From the IMG/VR virus record IMGVR_UViG_3300037087_000760, positions 124,001 through 188,000 of that record: 64,000 bases of DNA. The stretch is one strand, 5' to 3'. The notes under the pieces were generated by a model. The model saw only the letters and a program-made list of their open reading frames with translations, ran no database searches and had not been told where the DNA came from. The translations under genes and the position numbers were made by a program. Numbering within the stretch: the first letter of the stretch is position 1; every line of letters starts with the position of its first letter. Of the stretch, positions 41,819-48,033 are shown piece by piece.

Positions 41819-42808
41819 ATGACTAACAAAAAAGATAAAAAAATAGGACTTGTATTTGGAAAGTTCATGCCCCTTCATAATGGACACATGGCCTTGATTC
41901 GATTTGCACAATCTCAGTGTGATAAACTATATGTATTGTTATGTGAGGCTAATGATGAACCAATATGTGGAAAAATTCGATTAGGATGGTTATTGGACAC
42001 ATTCAAAGATGATTTGAACATAGAAGTGAGAATTACTGATGTTCAATTACCATTAGTTCCCTATTCATCTAAATTAATAGCTAAAATGTGGGCCAAATTT
42101 TTCAAGGAAGAATTTCCTGATGTGAATATTCTATTTACTTCGGAAAGATATGGTGATTTCACAGCAGAATTCATGGGTATAAAACATATACTTTTTGATA
42201 ATGACAGAGAAGAAGTTTTTGTATCAGCCACCAAGATTCGTAATCATCCACTCATTTATTGGGATTATATTCCCGACATTGTAAAACCGTACTTTGTTAA
42301 GAAAATTTGTATTTGTGGAACAGAATCAACGGGAAAAAGTATATTAACCGAAAAACTTGCTAAGAGATTTCATACTAACTTTGTTCCAGAATGGGGTAGA
42401 ACTTTATGTCCGTCTACAACTGAATGTACCATAGATATAATTAAACAAATCGGTAAATCCCACGCTACTGACATTCACAATAAAATACAATTCTCACATA
42501 AATTTTTATTTTCAGATACCGACCTGAATACAACAAAAATGTATTCCTATTTCTTATTCAATGAAATACCGAAATTTGATGATTGGATTGAACAAGAAAA
42601 TAAGTTCGATTTGTACATTTTTCTTGAAAACGATGCCCCTTTTATTCAGGATGGAACACGACTGACAAAAGAAAGAAGGGATGAACTACGAGATTACCAT
42701 TACGACTACCTTATATCTCAAGGATGTAAAGTTGAAATTGTAACTGGTAGTGATTGGGAAATCAGGTATGAAAAAGCTGTCAGAATAATTGAGGAAAATT
42801 TCGGATAA
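41819..42808 (+). CDS. nadR: NadR-type NMN adenylyltransferase / ribosylnicotinamide kinase
   Basis: GKFMPLHNGH, FTSERYG, VSATKIR, GTESTGKS, EWGR, DTD, QDGTR. Confidence 0.92.
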   Translation: MTNKKDKKIGLVFGKFMPLHNGHMALIRFAQSQCDKLYVLLCEANDEPICGKIRLGWLLDTFKDDLNIEVRITDVQLPLVPYSSKLIAKMWAKFFKEEFPDVNILFTSERYGDFTAEFMGIKHILFDNDREEVFVSATKIRNHPLIYWDYIPDIVKPYFVKKICICGTESTGKSILTEKLAKRFHTNFVPEWGRTLCPSTTECTIDIIKQIGKSHATDIHNKIQFSHKFLFSDTDLNTTKMYSYFLFNEIPKFDDWIEQENKFDLYIFLENDAPFIQDGTRLTKERRDELRDYHYDYLISQGCKVEIVTGSDWEIRYEKAVRIIEENFG

Positions 42809-42813
42809 GAATC

Positions 42814-43104
42814 ATGAGAAATTACAAATTAGAAAAATTACAAGCCGGAGAAAGTTTCGTTACCAGTGAAAAAGGTAATTCCATGTCACCAATTATTAAG
42901 TCGGGACAAAAACATAAACTTGTTCCCGCCACTTGGAGAGATGTAGATGTAGATGATATAGTCTATTGTAAAGTCAAAGGAAACTTCTACACTCACCTTG
43001 TAAAAGCAAAAAATGAAGATAAGGGTTGCTTAATAGGTAACAACAAAGGTGGAGTTAACGGATGGACTAAACAAGTCTATGGTAAGGTTGTAAAAATCCT
43101 TTAA
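42814..43104 (+). CDS. S24/S26 peptidase-like small protein
   Basis: KGNSMSPII.SG. Confidence 0.5.
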   Translation: MRNYKLEKLQAGESFVTSEKGNSMSPIIKSGQKHKLVPATWRDVDVDDIVYCKVKGNFYTHLVKAKNEDKGCLIGNNKGGVNGWTKQVYGKVVKIL

Positions 43105-44360
43105 ATATAAATATTCAGAATTTCATTCAGTTTAATTTTGGTTTCCTCATTCAGTGATTTCCCCTTATTTTCATTATACAGAATCATAAAGGAACTTACC
43201 ACTTTATTGAATTTGAAACTATCCGTATAACCAAATACAGTTTCCTTAAACTTTTCAATATCAACAGTTTCCTTACCAGTTCTTGACATCCATTCATCCC
43301 ATTTTTTGAAGAATCTGATGATACCATTGATGTTCTGGTCTGACCATTGACCACCATCGAAATAATGTCCGATGAACATCAGATAAAACCTCAGAACCTT
43401 TGGATCATAGTTATCTGGATTAACAATATTTCCTTTACTTTTGGCCATCTTGATTCCATTATTCAGAATCATTCCCTGATGCACCACTTTTTTAAAAGGT
43501 TCTTCCTCACTGATCATCCCAATATCATACAGGAACATATTAATAAAACGAGCATATATCAGGTGCATGCAAGCGTGTTCACTTCCCCCGATGTACAGAT
43601 CAACTTGTTTATATTTATCTTTACTACACAGTTCATTTTCGTTGTACGAATCACAATAACGGATAAAATAGAAACTACTATCTACGAAAGTATCCAGAGT
43701 ATCAGTCTCACCTTCAATTGGAATAGGACATCCCCAACTTCTTTGTCTACTGACACACCAATCATGTTGATTCTCCAGCCAATCTCTTTGAGAATTGATT
43801 GTTTTCTTTGGGTAATCAATCCAATCCAGATTTTTTATCAGTCGGTCTTTATATTCGGTGATTTTAAAATACCATTGTTCCATTTGACGAATTTCAATGG
43901 TCGTATTACATCTATCACATTTACCATCTTTGACCTGTTCACGAGCCAGAACAGTTCCACAACTTGGACACCAATTTACTTCACCCCAAGCTTTGTAAGC
44001 CAGTCCATGTTCTTTCAGTTTGATAAATATCCATTGTGTCCACTTCTGGTAAGATGGATCTGAAGTAATTACTTTTTCTTCAAAAGAAGTGTCCATTCTT
44101 TCCATCTGTTTACGGAAATTCTCAATGTTTTCATAGGTAACTTCTCTGGGATCTCTATTGACTGATTTGGCGTAATTTTCAGCTGGAAGTCCAAAGGAAT
44201 CATACCCAAACGGTTGAAAAACTTTAACTCCTTTATATCTTTGGTATCGACAATAACTGTCTACGATAGCGTAATTATAATAATGTCCGATGTGCAGTCC
44301 GTTTCCGCTCGGATAAGGAAACATGACAACCACCATTTTTTCATTTTTTATGTCGTTCAT
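43101..44360 (-). CDS. leuS: Minimal leucyl-tRNA synthetase (no CP1 editing domain, no C-terminal domain)
   Basis: MFPYPSG, HIGH, DSFGLPAEN, CPSC/CDRC, DWCVSRQRSWG, ETDTLDTF, GGSEHA, KMAKSKGN. Confidence 0.92.
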   Translation of the reverse strand: MNDIKNEKMVVVMFPYPSGNGLHIGHYYNYAIVDSYCRYQRYKGVKVFQPFGYDSFGLPAENYAKSVNRDPREVTYENIENFRKQMERMDTSFEEKVITSDPSYQKWTQWIFIKLKEHGLAYKAWGEVNWCPSCGTVLAREQVKDGKCDRCNTTIEIRQMEQWYFKITEYKDRLIKNLDWIDYPKKTINSQRDWLENQHDWCVSRQRSWGCPIPIEGETDTLDTFVDSSFYFIRYCDSYNENELCSKDKYKQVDLYIGGSEHACMHLIYARFINMFLYDIGMISEEEPFKKVVHQGMILNNGIKMAKSKGNIVNPDNYDPKVLRFYLMFIGHYFDGGQWSDQNINGIIRFFKKWDEWMSRTGKETVDIEKFKETVFGYTDSFKFNKVVSSFMILYNENKGKSLNEETKIKLNEILNIYI

Positions 44361-45120
44361 TGTCTTTTAATTTGTTTGAGAAATGTTCAATTGAGATATT
44401 ATGTTTTTTGATTGTTTTATAAATAAGACTTCTATTACTTTCGTTATATTCCATATTTAAATTTTTCATAATATCTCTATAAGATTTTGATTTAGAAATA
44501 ATCCCTTTAAAAAGATTAATATCATAATCGAAATAATCATAATTTCTTTTATTTGTGAAATCTTTCCAATCATCTTTTTCAATTATTTCCTTATCTTCGT
44601 ATCTAAAATAACACCCACCAGCCGTCCCTTTCAATTGACAACTAAATTTAATTTGTTGTCTAAAAATACCTGTTTCTCTTTCAGCTCCTCGAAGGCTAAT
44701 GAATTTTTTTAAAGGAGTAAAATTTTTATCATACATTATAATTGATTTCTTATTTGGATTGGATATTTTCATTAGTTTTTTACTTTTATCAGAATGTTTT
44801 TTTCCTGTCCAATCTACACCATCTCCACCATCTGTACTATTCTTCAATCTAAATCCCCAGCATTTAAATTGAGAAATCCAATATCTTTCTAATGAATCAA
44901 TATTATTTTTATCACCGATATCAAGTATTTCTATTATTGGTGAAAGATTTTTATTTTTGAGATATTTTAACCATTTATTTTTTCTTGTCCAAGGTTCTTG
45001 ACGGATACTCCAATTTGACATATGTCCCCTCAATCTTTTTTCTAAATTTTTGGTCTTACCTACATATTTTATAATTTTATCTTCTGGGTCTGTTAATGTA
45101 TAAATATAAAATTCCATCAT
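44341..45120 (-). mobile_element. Free-standing GIY-YIG homing endonuclease with NUMOD-type DNA-binding motifs
   Basis: YIYTL...YVGKT...R...H, LERYWI, NSTDGGDG, GKKHSDKSK, FISLRGAERETG. Confidence 0.88.
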
Positions 45121-45169
45121 AGATTTTTATTTCTATATATAAAAATTTATGTGTAATGTTTCATAGTTG

Positions 45170-45243
45170 TAACCCCACCCGGACTTGAACCGAGATATTT
45201 AGTTTCTAAAACTAACGCCGCTAACCAATTAGGCCATGGGGTC
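45170..45243 (-). tRNA. tRNA-Leu(TAG) with short variable loop
   Basis: TTAGT-TTTAGAA-ACTAA; 4-nt variable loop; A73. Confidence 0.8.
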
Positions 45244-45253
45244 ATTATTTTAG

Positions 45254-45327
45254 TAGTTCTGTTCGGACTTGAACCGAAATATTTGGTTTTTGAAACCAAC
45301 GCCGCTAACCAATTAGGCCACAGAACC
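45254..45327 (-). tRNA. tRNA-Leu(CAA) with short variable loop
   Basis: TTGGT-TTCAAAA-ACCAA; near-copy of the neighbouring D arm; A73. Confidence 0.8.
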
Positions 45328-45332
45328 TTTTG

Positions 45333-45417
45333 TATCGATGGTGGGACTCGAACCCACACCCTCGTAATGAGGAACGGCTTCTGAGGCCGTCGCGTCTACC
45401 AATTCCGCCACACCGAC
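45333..45417 (-). tRNA. tRNA-Leu(CAG), long arm
   Basis: Canonical Leu D arm GCG-GAATTGGTAGA-CGC; CT-CAG-AA. Confidence 0.94.
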
Positions 45418-45469
45418 AAATTTCAAATATTTACCAGTTTTTTGAAAAACTGTTCAAAATTTGATTTTG

Positions 45470-45543
45470 TAGCACCTGTCGGATTCGAACCGACAAACTT
45501 GGATTTTAAGACCAATATGGTTGCTCTATTACATCAAGGTGCC
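45470..45543 (-). tRNA. tRNA-Leu(TAA) with short variable loop
   Basis: TTGGT-CTTAAAA-TCCAA; A73. Confidence 0.75.
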
Positions 45544-45548
45544 ATTTG

Positions 45549-45632
45549 TAGCCTCTGTGGGAATCGAACCCACACGGTCTTTCGACCACTGGATTTTGAG
45601 TCCAGAGCGTCTACCAATTCCGCCAAGAGGCC
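45549..45632 (-). tRNA. tRNA-Leu(CAA), long arm
   Basis: Canonical cloverleaf, CT-CAA-AA. Confidence 0.95.
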
Positions 45633-45637
45633 ATTTG

Positions 45638-45722
45638 TGGGAGTTGATGGAGTTGCACCACCCGAGCCCTGAGGACAACAGATTTACAGTCTGCCCCGCT
45701 ACTACTTACGGAATAAACTCCC
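45638..45722 (-). tRNA. tRNA-Tyr(GTA), long arm
   Basis: GCAGA-CTGTAAA-TCTGT; atypical T loop TGCAACT. Confidence 0.88.
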
Positions 45723-45726
45723 AAAG

Positions 45727-45811
45727 TGACCAAGGTGGGATTCGAACCCACACGGGCGTAAAGCCCAACGGATTTTAAGTCCGTCGCGTCTACCAGTTCC
45801 GCCACAAGGCC
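45727..45811 (-). tRNA. tRNA-Leu(TAA), long arm
   Basis: CT-TAA-AA; two T-T mismatches in acceptor stem. Confidence 0.88.
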
Positions 45812-45819
45812 AATTTCAG

Positions 45820-45901
45820 TGTCCATAGGGGGACTCGAACCCCCACGCCTTTCGACAATAGTTTCTTAGGCTATCGCGTCTACCAGTTCCGCCATACGGA
45901 C
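45820..45901 (-). tRNA. tRNA-Leu(AAG), long arm
   Basis: ATAGC-CTAAGAA-ACTAT; canonical Leu D arm. Confidence 0.88.
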
Positions 45902-45918
45902 AATTTCAAAGAACTCAG

Positions 45919-45990
45919 TGGGAATAGAAGGATTCGAACCTACAAATCACGATTTTACAGACCGCTGAGCGACCACTGCTCAATATTCCC
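45919..45990 (-). tRNA. tRNA-Tyr(GTA) with short variable loop
   Basis: GGGAATA/TATTCCC+A; CT-GTA-AA; 5-nt variable loop. Confidence 0.85.
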
Positions 45991-45995
45991 GTTTG

Positions 45996-46068
45996 TGGAA
46001 GTACAAGGATTCGAACCTCGAATACACGGTGTTACAAGCCGCTGAGCGACCATCCGCTCACTACTTCC
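45996..46068 (-). tRNA. tRNA-Tyr(GTA) with short variable loop
   Basis: GGAAGTA/TACTTCC+A; TT-GTA-AC. Confidence 0.85.
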
Positions 46069-46069
46069 T

Positions 46070-46225
46070 TGGTGGGGGTGGATGGAATTTCACACATCGG
46101 ATGATAAGTTTACAGCTTACGAAGTAACTGTTTTACATCACTACAATTGATTGGCCTTCGATAAAGGAAACAGTCCAATTCAGAATCCTTATCAATCGAG
46201 ATACTTTGGTACAGTAATCACCCCC
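46070..46225 (-). ncRNA. tRNA-Tyr(GTA)-like RNA with ~80-nt structured insertion in the D loop
   Basis: GGGGGTG/CACCCCC+ACCA; ACTGT/ACAGT D stem; GTAAG-CTGTAAA-CTTAT; degenerate T arm. Confidence 0.65.
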
Positions 46226-46257
46226 TTTTATTTTCAATATGTTTAAGAACATGCAAC

Positions 46258-46289
46258 AAAAAACCCATCACTTTTTCAAGGACGGGTCT
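46258..46289 (-). terminator. Intrinsic terminator of the Leu/Tyr attenuator
   Basis: GACCCGTC-CTTGAAAAAGT-GATGGGTT followed by a T-run. Confidence 0.8.
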
Positions 46290-46316
46290 TTCTGATTCTA
46301 TGATAATATTTAAAGT

Positions 46317-46403
46317 TTATCTTTCAGCAATACTAACCCATCCTCGATTTTGATAGAGGTATAAATACAAATAATATAGGTTAATATTTACTCTGTTTTT
46401 CAT
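46317..46403 (-). promoter_or_regulatory. Attenuator leader peptide MKNRVNINLYYLYLYLYQNRGWVSIAER
   Basis: Codons CTA TAT TAT TTG TAT TTA TAC CTC TAT; 13-bp 1:2 stem, 10-bp 2:3 antiterminator, stop codon before segment 3. Confidence 0.85.
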
Positions 46404-46467
46404 AACTTTTATTCTTTCTGAAAATTATATATTAAATAATTTTAGTCTGTTTTTTCTATTTATACGA

Positions 46468-46475
46468 CAAAGGTA
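46468..46475 (-). promoter_or_regulatory. Bacteroidota sigma70-type -7 box (TAnnTTTG)
   Basis: TACCTTTG upstream of the leader; similar boxes just upstream of pncB, rnpB, the 26906 ORF and the 34121 and 41152 starts. Confidence 0.6.
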
Positions 46476-46499
46476 TGTAAAAGTTTTAAAATAAAAAAA

Positions 46500-47111
46500 T
46501 TATTTTGAAGTTTTCTTGAAATAGTCTATCACTTCTTTGAATTTAACATCAGATTTTATTTCATTAAAATCTAAATCATAGATGTCATATACATATTCTT
46601 TTGTGTTGTTTTGGTCTACATATATATAAACTATAAACTTGGGATTAACAAGTCTAACATCGAATATGACCTGTGATTCTTTATCTTGATCGTTATAGGA
46701 TTTTATTGCCTCTGGTGAAGTGAATACTAATCCATATCTACCATAAGAACCCAGATTCTTAGTGTATCTACTGTCCATTTTCTTAGTAGTACAATCCCAA
46801 GCCACACTGAAATTACCTGATTGTACTTCTTTCATTCCTGTTTTGGTTTTAGTCAGGGATGAATACCAAGAACCGATACCTCTGAATCCTGTTTTAAGGA
46901 TTCCCTCGATATTTTCTTTTTTGGTAAAGTGTATAATGGGTGAATCGGATGGTAATTTTTTAGAACCTATCCAAGAAAATCCTCTTTGTGGTCTTTTATT
47001 CTCAAAAGAAAGGATACAATTATGAAAATCATCGATTGTTTCGATTCTTTGGATGACTTCCTTATTCTTTCTGGTAAACTCAGTGAAATTATCCATATAC
47101 TGAAGGTTCAT
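46500..47111 (-). CDS. ART-fold-like protein with capsid-targeting-like N-terminus
   Basis: MDNFTEF; IIHFTKKENIEGILKTGF; QVIF. Confidence 0.4.
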   Translation of the reverse strand: MNLQYMDNFTEFTRKNKEVIQRIETIDDFHNCILSFENKRPQRGFSWIGSKKLPSDSPIIHFTKKENIEGILKTGFRGIGSWYSSLTKTKTGMKEVQSGNFSVAWDCTTKKMDSRYTKNLGSYGRYGLVFTSPEAIKSYNDQDKESQVIFDVRLVNPKFIVYIYVDQNNTKEYVYDIYDLDFNEIKSDVKFKEVIDYFKKTSK

Positions 47112-47547
47112 TTTCAGTATATATTAAATCAAATTGAATGGTTTATTTTCAATTTCCTTATACCATTCGAGTATTATTTCAGCGTTTCTTTTATTAGAAT
47201 ATCCTTCAAAACTATCAGCTATCTTCCATGAATAACCAGCAGCACCGCCCGAAAGAATAGTTCGCCATCTCCATCTTATTTTTATCTGAGGATAAAACAT
47301 ACCACCTTTCTCACGGATTCTACTTTTTCTCATAATTAATTTTTTGAGGCCTGATCATTCTCCATATTTTTTTTAAGACTTGGAATGAGAACATCTTTGG
47401 TGAATTCTCGTACCTTATCGGCCAATAACCCGGCTTGTCCAGAAAGAATTGAACCACCCAAAGAATGAATAACGATCAAAAAATTAGGATCATTATATTT
47501 TTTCTCCAGTTCTTCCAAGTCTTGAATAATAAATTTTTCCTGATCTG

Positions 47548-48033
47548 TCATGATTTCCAATTTTTGAATGGGATTTTAGCTAAATTACAATTATAATATT
47601 TACTATCCCCTGTAACTTCTTCTTTAATCCAATCTGGTTTTTCAAATGATTCATTTTCAGAATCCAGTTCAATCTCAGCTACTATTAATCCACCGTTATG
47701 TCCAAAAAACACATCAACTTCCCAAGTATGTCCTTTGTATGGAATGATGTATCTCGATTTGACAATGAAATTTTTCTCACAATAGTCTACGATAAGATCA
47801 ACGGCATCCCCAAAAGGAATTTCATATTCATATTCTTTTCGTGATATAAGTCCAGATCCTTTGACAGTCATGAATCCTTTCTTTCCAAAAGTTCTAATTC
47901 GAACTAATTTTTCATTATCTTCGAACATGAAACCTTGACGAACCTCCACAGATTTATATTTATCTTTAATCTGTAAAAACTTTTCTTCGTCAACAAGAAA
48001 TTTTCTTTCGATTTCTAAATTTTTATTTTTCAT
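47548..48033 (-). CDS. CYTH-domain protein
   Basis: EIERKFLV, VRIR, TVKG, EYEYEI, KSRY, WEVDVF, AEIEL, YYNCNL. Confidence 0.92.
   Translation of the reverse strand: MKNKNLEIERKFLVDEEKFLQIKDKYKSVEVRQGFMFEDNEKLVRIRTFGKKGFMTVKGSGLISRKEYEYEIPFGDAVDLIVDYCEKNFIVKSRYIIPYKGHTWEVDVFFGHNGGLIVAEIELDSENESFEKPDWIKEEVTGDSKYYNCNLAKIPFKNWKS

Noticed and set aside
44341-45120. Group I intron carrying the GIY-YIG gene within leuS
   Set aside because: leuS is complete from its own N-terminal motifs, and no intron core or interrupted exon is visible; the endonuclease is free-standing.
45170-45243. Possible amber suppressor tRNA or stop-codon recoding
   Set aside because: The anticodon TAG reads CTA (Leu); a suppressor would be CTA. 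Conserved genes are intact under code 11 and TAG and TGA act as stops.
45147-45826. Four ORFs of 70-85 aa on both strands
   Set aside because: Shadow translations of the Leu/Tyr tRNA array.
46070-46225. tmRNA
   Set aside because: The 5' GGGGGTGA and 3' ACCA look tmRNA-like, but there is no G3:U70 pair, it is only 156 nt, has no tag ORF, and has an intact Tyr anticodon arm.
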